DNA of 64,000 bases, from NCBI RefSeq assembly GCF_009914755.1, contig NC_060932.1. One strand, written 5' to 3'. Positions 27,405 to 40,506 of the stretch are shown here, one piece after another. The stretch is from the human T2T-CHM13v2.0 reference genome, Homo sapiens. Both the position numbers and the translations under genes were made by a program. Within the stretch, counting starts at the first letter, position 1. Every line of letters starts with the position of its first letter. The notes beneath the pieces were generated by a model. The model searched no databases and was not told the DNA's origin. It saw nothing but the letters and a program-made list of their open reading frames with translations.

Positions 27405-27968
27405 TAGAGTCATTGATCCCCCACGGATCCCAAAATCTGTGAATGCTCAAGTTCCTGAAATAAAACAATGCAGTATTTGCATATAACCTACTCACATCCT
27501 CTTGTATAATTTAAATCATCTCTAGATTACTTATAATATCTAATACAATGCTTACATATCACTTCATTTATGTGGATTCAATGTAGTATTTGGAAATGAA
27601 AGATATGAAACTTACATACTATAGGAACTGTGCTTGCTTACCACAAATATAGCCTAACTCCAAATGATTAATCATTTTCTTACACTAAAAAGTACTCTTC
27701 CATTACTGCTCATTGTGATCCTTATATTATGCACATCCTCCAGTATATGCACATACTTCCATATACTTTAAATCATCTCTAGATTATAATAAATACCTAA
27801 TCCAATACCTACACATGATTTCATTCATGTGGATTCAACCTAGTATTTGGCACACAGCAAATTCAAGTTTTGATCTTTGGAAATTTGTGGAAGTTTTTTC
27901 CCAAATATTTTTGATTCATGGTTGGTTGAATCCACAGATGCAGAACCCACGGATTTGAAGAGCTGACT
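27405..27968 (+). mobile_element. MER2B (Tigger/TcMar) DNA transposon with an internal rearrangement
   Basis: GTATTTGCATATAACCTA...TTTAAATCATCTCTAGATTA...GCAAATTCAAGTTTTG...GGTTGGTTGAATCCACAGATGCAGAACCCACGGAT...GAGCTGACT. Confidence 0.9.
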
Positions 27969-28649
27969 TTATGTACGTATGCATCACACACAATTTTCTT
28001 CAGCTGTGGTTTCTGGTCTCCCAAGTTATTTTATATACCCTATACAATAGTATCTTCTAAAAGATTTTGTGTTTTAGAAAGTAAGAAAGGTAATTCTAAT
28101 GACAGGTAGCTTCTCACTAACAAAAGACATGCAATAATTCCAGGATTCCTGTGTATTGTCTGTAAGAAAACAGGCCTCCTTTGCTTTTGCTCTAAGCAGC
28201 AGCCACAGGCCCTTAGAGTGATTTTAGATGCAATGTAAACTGTAAATGGGATTATTTTTCAACAACATCATGAACTTCTGATGGAGTCATAGGTGGATGT
28301 TCCTGGAGAAGGCATTAAGTAAGATCCAGAGTGCTGTTGGCCTCATCACTATTTGGGTGACCATCAGCAGGCAGAAGCCTCTGAGTGAATGCAGGTGAAT
28401 CCACACCCCCGATGTTGGGGGCGGGAATGCATGGGAGGCTGGAGATCAGGCTGAGCAGATCTCACCTGGGTCTTCACTTAGACTAAGTTTCTGGCCTTTG
28501 GAATGGGAGGCTCAGCCAGTCAGGCTAATTAGGAATTTCCCAGATCATGTGAGGAGAGTGGTCTGCGTGGGTAGGCAGAGCCAGGCAGGGCACGCCAACA
28601 TGTCATTGAATTACCAGATCCCTGGTATGTGCAGGAGTCCCATGGAATA

Positions 28650-29296
<647 letters not shown>

Positions 29297-30984
29297 TAGG
29301 CACTGGGGTAAATCCTAGGGAGTCAAAGAGAGTCTGTCCTACACAGGACTGCCATATTTACTAAATAGTTACCTTGTCCTATAGTGTTCTAAGTCCTTCA
29401 CACTCACTCCTCACCACCCTATTATTACTGCCATTTAAAATGCAAAAACCAAGATACACAGAGGTAACTTGCCCAAGGTTGCACAGCTTAATCCTGAGGC
29501 AACACTAGCCCTTCCGATAGCTGTGGTCATAGGTATGTGCATAGGGGTGCCGTGAGTGAGAAACAGGAGGAGTGGTCAAGTGGTCGTGGGTGAGGAGCAG
29601 AAATCAGGAAAGGCTTTTTGAGGGAAGTGATCTATGATTATTACTAAGAACCCTTGAGTTTGGTCTTAGAATTAAACCTGATTCAGGTGCATTTTCTAGT
29701 AGTGGTTGTAAAACCGGGCAGCTAAGCTTCAGTCCACACATAACACAGAGAAGCACCAGGCATCTCAAATGATAGCAGAATCCCGTTGCTGCAATCAGGG
29801 CATCAAAGCCCGCCCTGGTTTTTGGTTATAAATAAGGTGACTATGAGGTTTGAAATGAGGTGACAAAGGTAATCTTGCACCCGAAGTTTTCCAGTCCGTC
29901 TAGTGTTCACCAGGTCTTTTTACGCCCCCACCTTTGCTGTGTGCACTGTAAACCTTTTGCTTTTGGGTTACGTGTGTTTTATCCCTGACTACTTCTTTCT
30001 CGGAATGGAAATTTAATCTGCAAAACTGTTCTGCGTTGCTGGCCCCAGAATTAAAAGCAAGCACCTTCAATGGGGAAATTAAATTTATTTGATATACCTG
30101 TACAAAATTGGGTCCAGCAACCATTTGGTTTGCAGGCTCACACAAAATGCTTTTAGCTATATTCCGTACCTAATACCTAATTCACAGCTGAAAGGGGGCC
30201 AACCTCAAAGACCTTGTCTCTCACTGATACAGAACAAGGTGATCATTAGCCAAGAGCGGGCATCATCTTCTGTTAGAGCTTCTCCCGTGTGCTCAGCATA
30301 ATCGACAGCTGAGGAGTCTTCCTCGGGGAAACAAAATATTCAGTTGACTGAATTTTCATTAAAAAAAAAAAGAGAAAGAGAAATACCCAAGGGGAAAGAT
30401 ACTTCAATTATAAATATCTACATTTCCTTTTACATTCTCCTCTCTGAAGTTTCCTAGTCAGGCTCTGCCTGGGTGCCGCAGAGGGCAGAACCTAAGGTTT
30501 GAATTTGCAGGTATCTTGGCTTTAAGAAGAAGCTAAATGAAATAAGATTTGTCCTTCTAGAATCCTGTCTGTGTTCTGCAGTTTAGCTCCTATGAAAACT
30601 GTAGTTGTGTTTTCTTCCTTATGCTCATTTAGAGTACTTCTATGCCTGGTAAGAAATGAAGGCTGGGGAAAATGCAGAGGGTCTGGGCCAGAGTGCTGAA
30701 TGCAAGGTAGCTTTTGCTAATGCTTGGAGGACCAGGATGGAGACAGGGATGCTCATGTAGAGAGGGGTCTGTCCAAAGATCTAGTCTGATCCCTCCTGTT
30801 ACAAATGAGGTCTTACTCTGTGGTCCAGAAAGGATGAGTGACTTGTCCGAGGTCCCACAGCTTGTCATTGGCAGAGCCAGGAGGAGCACCTTATCATCTT
30901 TCTCCTGTCTTGGTAGTGCTCTCTTGACTAGCAGTCATCTTTGCTCCGCATCCAGTTCAGCACTTCCTGATAGCTGCCTTTGTT

Positions 30985-31150
30985 TGCTTGTTTCATTTTC
31001 TTGCTCCCTTCTTTTTTCTCCTCTTGCTTTTCCCAGTTCTCTTTCTTACTCCCTCCCTCCTTTCTCTCCCCTCATTCCCTCTTTTCCTTCCTCTTTCTCT
31101 TTCTCCCACTTTATCTCCTCCCACCCTTTCCTGTCTTCCCTACCTTTCAT
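30985..31150 (+). repeat. Polypyrimidine (CT-rich) low-complexity tract
   Basis: About 165 nt almost entirely C/T. Confidence 0.85.
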
Positions 31151-33770
31151 TTACCAAACACAGATTTACTGCCTATTATGGGCAGTGAGTGTAGAAGGCG
31201 CTGGGAGCTCACTGGTGGCCCAAGCACTCTGTCCTCCCTCCAAAGAGCTGAAATCTAAGTCAACTGTGGGGGATAAGGCAAGTCCCACCTTTTATCCTTT
31301 GTAAGAACCTGGCTTCTCTGCCAGTCCCGGCAGCAGTCCCAGGCCTGTGGGCATTCCTGCTGAGTATGGCAGTGAGATGAGTGGAGTGTGGTACCACTGC
31401 TGAGAAGTGGTGAGGGAGCCCACACAGAAAGAATCTGAGCTGAGCCAGGGTCCATCACAGACAGCATTGGCTGGGGAGACCTGAAGCCCCTTAAAGAGGT
31501 AGGAGAATGTCTCAGCCAATGTGGCTGCTTTAGTGAGAGATGGAACACTGTCTGGATATTTCTTCATGAGCCAGCTAAAGATCACACACATTCAATGTTC
31601 CCAATCTTCGTTTCTAGCAAAACTAAGTAGAGTAGGTATGGTTGGCATTTCAATGAGAAACTCGCAGAAAGGCAGTGTACTATTAGCTCTCTCTTTGCAT
31701 GAAGGTGAAATCTAGAGTAAGTCATGTTCCCAAGTTCTGAGTTGTAGAATTTGGTTTTCTTACTACCAAAATGGGAATAGGGGCAATACATATTCTATAC
31801 AATTTCTGTACCATGATTAAATAAATTATCTACAGTAAACTATCTTAAACTATAATGTTGTGTGCTATGTACTGTTATGTTTAAATAGAATGTCCTACCT
31901 TTTTGTATTTATGAGGATATATTATAAACTCTTTGTATCTCAGGGCCTAGTGAGTTGCCTTGCAAACAGCAGGCCATCAGTGTGTCTTTAGTATCAATGC
32001 TGACAATGGCAGGCATTTTAGGAAACTGTGTTCCTGATGTTGCTGCTGCTAAGATGAGGGCATGTCAGAGTGGTGCATTTTCTGTGCTCAGCACGATCTC
32101 TGAAGTTTAGTGTGTGTTCAGTTAGTTGCATAAATGTGAGTTAACCAACTAAACTATCCTTTAACCAAGGTCAGGTCCCAGAAAAGGAAGACAATCTTAT
32201 CAATGGATTTAACATTGAAAGGCAACACAGAGGTGATTTCTGCGAAATCAAAACCCACTTATTCTTAATTCCAACATATTTACTGAGTGCCTGCTAAGCA
32301 CCAAGAAGAAAATGCCCAGAATGAGAAATGTAACACTTGGGCTTGCAGTTTATAACTATCTCTTCTGTTAAAAAGTTCTTACATTTCACTCTTGTTGAAA
32401 GGGTCCATTGTATCCAAGAAAATTGTCTCAAACACTTTTTAGACATGGGTGGACTCTAAATTACACTGGCAACCACCACCATAACAATAATAATACTTAA
32501 ACCATAGGCTCCTTCAAGCAAAGCAGATTTCATCCGTGTGAAAATTGGCCACATCTGTTGTGCACAAAAGATGAAAGACGTAGAGGAGGGTGATGGGAAT
32601 AGGTCCATTAACCACTTATTTCAGAACATAACTTAAGTTTTGAAAAATCATTCTAGAGTCAATTCCCTATCTGTCAAGTATTAGGCTGCAGTGAACGTTT
32701 CCACCCTGGGGTCTTTCAGCCGGGGGTTGACAGGAGGGTGAAGAACAGTTGCAAAAATGGCAGTGATGTAACACTTAATCTTCCCAATAGCCTTTATCAG
32801 TGCTGCAGCCTCCTTGCTGGAAACGAGAAAGTTCCAGAGATTTTGATTCATGCCGCGTAGAAAGACACAGCGAGCTATGCTGGAAGTGATCTTAAGTCAT
32901 ATCTCCTGTGTCATCATCCATCTCGCCACACCAGGCTTTTTGGAGACAATAATTAATAACACGCATCTAAATTGTTTCCATTCCTTCTGTCCTGGGGCCT
33001 CACTCCTTCCTCCCACACAAACTTCCCCCTTCCTCACCCTATTTCTTCCCATGACAAATGAGTCATGAGAGTCCCTCTGCTTCCTACATGGCCACACCAC
33101 ATGACAGGCCTTTCTAACACTCCGGGGCCCACTGCACGGCTGTGCTGTTCCTTCAGCTTTCCACCATTCAGGTCAGGACTTGTCCCTCCTTGATCTCCTT
33201 GGCCTGTGATTTTCCATCTTTCTCTGGGCCCTCTCATGCTCTGAAATTTGCCTTTTCTTCCTCTCCCACATTGATTTCACCTCTCTACTTGCTCACCCAT
33301 TCCCTAAAACCAATGCCTCCTGCTTGAGAGTCCTACAGATCAGGCGTTTCTATTCCTTACATTTGGTTTCCCTTATTTCTTTCCCCAATGCCTTTCCCAA
33401 ATGTCCCCTCAATCCTAATTATCATGATGTGGCTTGATTCTCTTAAGTCGATGCCTTGGAATCCTGACACCTGCACAGACTTTAAATTAATAAGCTCACA
33501 GAATCACTTTCAAATCCATAGCTTAAGCCGCATCACTGTGATGAAACCAATACAGACCGTGGGGGCAGACTACAGAAGGAGGGAAAAATCAAATACATCT
33601 CTGAATCTAAAAAGAGCCAGGTGTGGACCTTACCCTTTATTTCATAAGTTATGTTTTCTAAAAAAACCATAAGGTATGCTCCATTCCCTCCAAATTTAGA
33701 TGAACAAGAACAACAACAACAACAAAATAAAGTTACCCTGAATTCTTCTGGGGACAGCTGCTATTAACAT

Positions 33771-34621
33771 TTCTTTATTTTATTTTATTTTATTATTATT
33801 ATACTTTAAGTTTTAGGGTACATGTGCACAACGTGCAGGTTAGTTACATATGTATACATGTGCCACGCTGGTGTGCTGCACCCATTGACTCGTCATTTAG
33901 CATTAGGTCTATCTCCTAATGCTATCCCTCCCCCCTCCCCCCACCCCACAACAGTCCCCAGAGTGTGATGTTCCCCTTCCTGTGTCCATGTGTTCTCATT
34001 GTTCAATTCCCACCTATGAGTGAGAACATGTGGTGTTTGGTTTTTTGTCCTTGCGATAGTTTACTGAGAATGATGATTTCCAATTTCATCCATGTCCCTA
34101 CAAAGGACATGAACTCATCATTTTTCATGGCTGCATAGTATTCCATGGTGTATATGTGCCACATTTTCTTAATCCAGTCTATCATTGTTGGACATTTGGG
34201 TTGGTTCCAAGTCTTTGCTATTGTGAATAGTGCCGCAATAAACATAAGTATGCATGTGTCTTTATAGCAGCATGATTTATAGTCCTTTGGGTATATACCC
34301 AGTAATGGGATGGCTGGGTCAAATGGTATTTCTAGTTCTAGATCCCTGAGGAATCTCCACACTGACTTCCACAATGGTTGAACTAGTTTACAGTCCCACC
34401 AACAGTGTAAAAGTGTTCCTATTTCTCCACATCCTCTCCAGCACCTGTTGTTTCCTGACTTTTTAATCATTGCCATTCTAACTGGTGTGAGATGGTATCT
34501 TATTGTGGTTTTGATTTGCATTTCTCTGATGGCCAGTGATGGTGAGCATTTTTTCATGTGTTTTTTGGCTGCATAAATGTCTTCTTTTGAGAAGTGTCTG
34601 TTCATGTCCTTTGCCCACTTT
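33771..34621 (-). mobile_element. Young 5'-truncated L1 (L1PA3-like)
   Basis: Uninterrupted ORF2 C-terminus at 34003-34605 ([18 protein letters not shown]...FSLIGGN*). 3'UTR CAACGTGCAGGTTAGTTAC and CATTTAGCATTAGG. (TTTTA)n tail. TSD not clear. Confidence 0.97.
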
Positions 34622-35208
34622 CAATATTTATTATTTCACAAAATTTTCCTGTGTATGGTGGATAAATGGTACATAAATAAACCATATACATGGATATGTG
34701 CACCTACATTATTACATATAGAGCTCATTCCCTATAACTAGTGTAAATACATGTGGTTAGCCTACAAGTTACAAATGGGTTATGTTTTAATGACTCCTTT
34801 TCACACTGCTGTGAGAACATATTTCCTCATTGAAGCAGTGTTATTCCTGGTATTTAGTTTCCCAGGCTACCCCTCAAAAATAAATTTAACCTATAAAATA
34901 TAAGAAGAACTTTATCTAGGATAAAATGAACAAAAGAGAATCAGAAAAACCATTCTCCAATTTTAGCTCTGCCATTCCCAAATAAAGCCTCAGTATAGGT
35001 CAAGTTTCAGTTCAAAGTGCGTAAAGTACTAATGGGGAAGAAGTTCCCATTTTACCATCTTTAAAATAAAGATAATGATTCAAATCTTAAAAGAGTATAA
35101 AAAACTCTCTTAAATCACATATATGTAAATGGCCAGCTCCTAGCAGAACTTGATAAATGATTATAAAATGGGCAACAGGACCTTCTTAATGTAATATATC
35201 TGCATAAG

Positions 35209-35210
<2 letters not shown>

Positions 35211-35265
<55 letters not shown>
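35211..35265 (+). repeat. (AC)24 microsatellite
   Basis: Perfect AC repeat 35211-35258, then GCACACA. Confidence 0.98.
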
Positions 35266-37750
35266 TTCTTTTTAGCTACGGAATTCTTGGTTCATAGAGT
35301 CTTTTAGGATACTTTGGATTCAAGCAGATAGCAAGAATTCAGTCCAGAATTTAGCAACTGTAACACTCCTGTTTTGCTAAACTTCTGCATTCCTCATTTC
35401 CTACTAGGTTACTAATCGTGAGCTCTACTTGAGCCCAAGTCATCTTATAACACTCTACTGCTTGCTCATGCTGCAAACACACTGGCCTCAAGACATTGTA
35501 GGCATACCAGACCCTGCAGGCATCCAATTAGAAAAGACATTCAGAACCACTGATGGCTGCTCTCTGTTATGAAAGTAGACAAAACAAAGCTAAATACCCA
35601 CCATGTTCTAAATTCCCTCCTTGTCATTCTTGCTCTGTTTGAAGGGGAACTAAATGCTAGAGAAGTAGTATCTTTAACCCACAGCTGTCCATGATTTAAT
35701 CAGACACCTTCTGCCAGAAAGGTGGTTAAAAGTCACCATAATAAAAAAAGAACCATTAACCCAGCCCATTAACCAGTGACCTATCTGAAATGCTGAGACG
35801 GCAGAATCCAAGAGACACACAGAGATCTTTTGTGACTAATGTTGCCTTTTTGAAAATACCAATAGAGGGTTACTGTGTTCCAAGAATTTCTTTATCTTTG
35901 GGGACTGGCTATTTTCTTGACTCTGGTCAGGTCAGATTGTCTTGATTTCTCTTCAACAGAACTCCTCCTCCTTCCGTATGAAATGACCATACGGAATCTG
36001 CAAGTACAAGTTACAGCATCCCTGGGTCATTCAATTCAGGGGACACTCACAGGTTAGCCTGCATTCTGGGCCCAACTCTGAGGATCATCTGCTACCAGGA
36101 TGGTCTCAGGCTTCATACTGCTGGGTGGTGGAAACTGATCAGTCTTAGCCTTCTTTCTCGAGGGGAAGGCCTGGCTGGTCCAGAATCACACCATCTGGAA
36201 GTCTGTCACCAATAGGGACTGTCAAGACCAGTCATGACCTTGAAAAAATGCAGCAAATCAAATGCTGTTCTTCTCCCGATGTTCAGTCATATTAGACACT
36301 GATCCCTTTTTTATTATGTACAGAGCCATTTTTAAATAAAATGCTTTCTCCTGACCTTGCTCACCATTCAGGTCAATGTTCCACTACAGGTTGCTTTATT
36401 CTGGCATGAGGGAATATTCCTTGCTACGGCAGACAGAAATAGCCTAACAACCTGGTTAAGCAGACCATTAGAGATACCAGAGATTCTATCCACCGGTGTC
36501 AGGCAGATGCTGAGAGTCTTGACCTTTCTCTCTGTCCTTTGAAAGGCACAAGCATTTGCAATGGAGAAAATAAAAGGAGGTGAGTATGTGCTAAGAGCCG
36601 GAATGTACTGGGCCATTCCCAATCTGTGAATTTAAAAGAGAACTGCAGCAGAACAGGAAATGGGCTGAAGTTTAGTCATTTCATTTTCCCTCCCTCTGAG
36701 ACTATTATTGTTCTCTCTCTATCTGTAACATGAAAGATAGCCTGTGCTTTCATTATAAACCACTTTCCTCATCTGGATTTCTGAAGTCCTTATCTGTGGC
36801 TTGCCACACCTTACATGAGTTTATTCATATTGGTGATTGGGGAGTTAGACTATATTTCTGTCATTCATTCATATGTTTCCTTCCACAATTATTGTTATTA
36901 TTTGAGTGCCTACTATGTGCCTGGCACCATGCCACTATGTTAGGTGCTAATACACTGAATTTTACTTAAAATATCAAAGAATATCTTATTGGCCTAGATT
37001 ATACCAGGTTCTGTGTAGCCTCATAGATCATATACCTGATCCATTACCCCCCCTCATATGATTTCTACATGGAAGCAGGAGTAAAAAGGGTGGTGGCAAA
37101 ATAAGACTAATTACTCCCTGAAAGGTCTGTTTACAAATGATGGGAATGTTTGAACTATTATCAGACGTTCCATCTGTCCCTTACTCTAAATTGAGGATAT
37201 GGGAAAGTCGATATAGGTAACACCATAAAGTGACATTAATAGTAATCGCAGTGATACCAGCTTTGCCTGGCAGAAGCCTCTAAGAGGAAAGGAGTTGAGA
37301 ATTGAGAAATGAGAAGGCCTCTGCTTGACTCAAATAAACCACGCTCATCTGCCAGGCCCCTGCACACCCAGGCCCAAACTCAGGGACTGTGGATTCTCAT
37401 TTTAGATGTGTTCTATGAAAAGCTGGCTGACCACTTTAAAAATCCTCAGCAGACTAGAAATAGCAAATTAGTACACTTTGATACTTATACGGAAATGACA
37501 GCTATCAGCCACACAGGGTGAGTGAGAGTGAAAACAAAAACCGTGAAACACAGACACAGGACCTACAGAAGCATAGTGGACTAGAGATGTAGGCAAATCA
37601 TTCTAACAGGTCTTGAAGCTGTTATAACTGTTCCAGCCAGTACTCTAGCTTAACAATCCAGGAGCCTATGTCTAACAGGCCAGAAATGTGACCAACATAT
37701 TCTAGAAAGATTTCCATAGAATGGTTAAGATTGAAAAAGAATGCTTAATG

Positions 37751-37967
37751 CAGTGGTTTGACAATTTTGCCCTCCAAGGGACATCTGGTAATGCCTGGAG
37801 ACATTTTTGCTTATCACAACTGGGAATGGCAGTGGGGTAGTGCCAATGGCATCTTGTGGGTGGAGGCTAGGGATGCTGCAAGACATCCTACAGTGCACAG
37901 GTCAGGTCCTCATAACAAAGAAGTCTCTGACCCTAAGTGCGCACAGTGATGAGACTGAGAAACCCTG
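37751..37967 (+). mobile_element. MER20 (hAT-Charlie) DNA transposon
   Basis: CAGTGGTT...GGACATCTGGTAATGCCTGGAGACATTTTTG...GGCTAGGGATGCTGC...GAGAAACCCTG. 8-bp TSD GCTTAATG / GTTTAGTG (6 of 8 match). Confidence 0.92.
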
Positions 37968-38946
37968 GTTTAGTGGAACACAATTTAATCATTTGAAAAA
38001 TTCGCTTATGTGGCCCCTCTCAGTTTCTATTGTTGCTGAAGGAGGAGGCATCTCTGCATCCTATCTGTCCAGCACTTTTCACCTGTCAAGGTCCCTTTGA
38101 TCTCATTTGATTTTCATGATTACCTCAGGAGATAGCTGAGGGAGAGAGTTCAATTTTACTGTACTAGGAGAGCTGAGAAACAGAAGGCTAAATGATGTTT
38201 CCAGTGAAAAAGAGATGTCCTTACTCCCCACTTTGTACCTGTTTCACAAAACCACCGTTCTTTAGACCTGCTTATTTCTAGAACAAAAAAGGAAGAATCA
38301 ACATAGTATTGGTTGCTAGTACATTTCAAGTTTAATGTTAATACATTAAAATAAATACATGGGACTTAGATTCAGATAGAGGAGTTCTTTTGTTTGCCAG
38401 TTCATCTATTTTCCAAGTAGCTATTGAGCTCCTCACACATGCCAAATGTTATTCTAGGTGCTGCATGCACAGTGGTGAACAAAACAGACGTCTCCTCTCA
38501 GGAAGCTGGCAGGTCACAAGTAGCTTATACTTGCGTATTAAACATGGTGTGGTGGTTCTGGGTAATATTCTCCAACAATCAAAACAAAGTCTCACAAAAT
38601 CCCAAACCCATATACCTGTGTTCCATATACCTTATGCTTTGGTCATCCTGATGATTTCTAAATAAGCTTTATATATTTATGTGATTTATGGATTTGCCTT
38701 TTTTTGTCCCTTATGATATTCTTCCTCCTTCTCCCATCAGCAGAAAAACTCATACTCATCTTTTGAGATGCAGAATAAAGCCCTCTAATACTGAAGCTAG
38801 TAGCTCTATTATCTGGGCTCTTATGTTATTATGTTATTTTGTAAATATCAGTATGTTAATTACTATGGATTATTAAAAAGTATCTGCTTGTGTGTCAGTC
38901 TTCTACCATTGCACCAAGTATAGAGTATCCTGAGGGAGTTCCTAGT

Positions 38947-39415
38947 TGTGCTGGATTCTTCCCTTTGCTCTTTCCAGTTCCCTTCTCCAACTTTTCTGCC
39001 TTGCTGCATGCCCTGGAGGCCTGACCTCTGTGAATTGTACTAATGATTACCCTTTCCTTCTACCTCCCAGTGGGGATTTGCTGATGGGCAGTACCAGCAG
39101 GAGTTTCAGAAGGCAGGAGAAGAGTGACATTGGAGTCTATCCTCTTTAGCCACCTCCTTGGCAGGCTATCCTGTGTTGCCTGCATCTCCCAGAGGTGACT
39201 TTCTTCATACTGGTCTCTCTCCAGGTCGAAGGACACACCCCTTCCCTTTGTTCAGTTAGACCAAGGAGTGGTAACAGCTCCCCGCTGTTATGACCCCTGA
39301 GGTACTGCACCATCTTTTGTGACTTCATCTAAATCCAGTCTATACATTTGCAATCAGCCCCTTTCTGAAACTCTTATCAAATTATAGAATTAAATTGAGC
39401 CTTCTCTTTCCTTTC
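38947..39415 (+). mobile_element. LTR33-like (ERVL) solo LTR nested in an L2
   Basis: TGCCCTGGAGGCCTGACCTCTGTG...CCAGCAGGAGTTTCAGAAGGCAGGAGAAGAGTGA...GTGGTAACAGCTCCCCGCTGTT. The L2 tail resumes at ~39440-39520. Confidence 0.75.
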
Positions 39416-40294
39416 ACAACAGTCTTACTCATTTTAGTATTCCAGTCTCTAACAAAGTGCCTGGCCCAGGGAAGATGCTCAACAAACGTTTGTTAAAAGC
39501 GTAAATGAGTGAATACAGATGTTACAATAAAATTTTAGTCTTAAAATTTTTCATTTGTCAAAAAGCTGTTTTCATCAAAGGCTCCGATTTCCTCAGAAGT
39601 AGTGAATTATTATTATTTTTTTAGCTCAACTAAATACAGCACCACTTATTAGCACTGCTGTACTTTGTCATTTTCAATTTTACAGATAACAGAACTAAGG
39701 TGACGTCTACACTTTTCCCTAGAGCATCCAACAATTCTTCTCCTGAATTCTTCACTGCTAACCTCAAACACAAAGCAAAATCAAAGCATGAAATTTCTGT
39801 CCTAACCAAGCCCCAGTCAGAAAACTTCTACCTCTGAGGATACACATAATGACACTTGGGGAGACAAGAAAGGAAAAATTAAATTCAACAAGACTCTCAC
39901 ATTTCAGCAAAAGTTTCCACCCAAATTGAATATGACACATTAAATGATCGTCAGACTCAAAGACCATCTTTTGGAACATCATTGGTAGCTGTGTTTTCTT
40001 AGTTAGCAAATGCCTGCTGTTAATGTGAAAATTGGTTTCAACTTAATTTGGCAACCAAGAAAACACATGATTTTTTTTTTTTTTTTACTTTCCCATGCTC
40101 TCAGTGACTGGCAGAGTTAATAGTAATGATAGCTAGTGACCATTTATAAAGTTTTTGAAATAGGTGACAAGTCCTATACTGGAACCTTTTCAAAGGATGT
40201 CTTTACAACAATACTGCAAGGTAGGTAATAGTCCTGTCATTTTATGGAGCACAGAGCTGAACCTGGTGGAGTCTAGTTGCAGAGGTAGGATTTG

Positions 40295-40506
40295 CAATTT
40301 CTTTTCTTTTTTAAATTGACATCTTTTTTTTTTTTCTCCAATAGTCAAGATAGGGAATCAACCTGAGTATCCAACAATAGATGAATGGATAAAGAAAATG
40401 TGGTATATATACATAATAGAATACTATTCAGCCTTAAAATAATGCATTCCTGTCATTTGCAACAACATGAACAAATCTGGAGGAAATCAAGTTAAGTGAA
40501 TACAGA
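40295..40506. mobile_element. Short L1MA-like insertion with a 5' inversion, inside a MIR (~40130-40560)
   Basis: Antisense tail TTTCTTTTTTAAATTGACA, then a sense ORF2-end fragment (GATGAATGGATAAAGAAAATGTGGTATATATAC). TSD CAGAGG(T/C)AGGATTTG at 40280-40294 and 40507-40521. Confidence 0.85.

Noticed and set aside
30714-31304. 196-aa Ser/Leu/Phe/Pro-rich ORF
   Set aside because: Stop-codon depletion across MIR sequence and a polypyrimidine tract explains it, and several frames are open.
34003-34605. 200-aa ORF as a host gene
   Set aside because: It is the LINE-1 ORF2 C-terminus inside a 5'-truncated copy with no promoter or RT domain.
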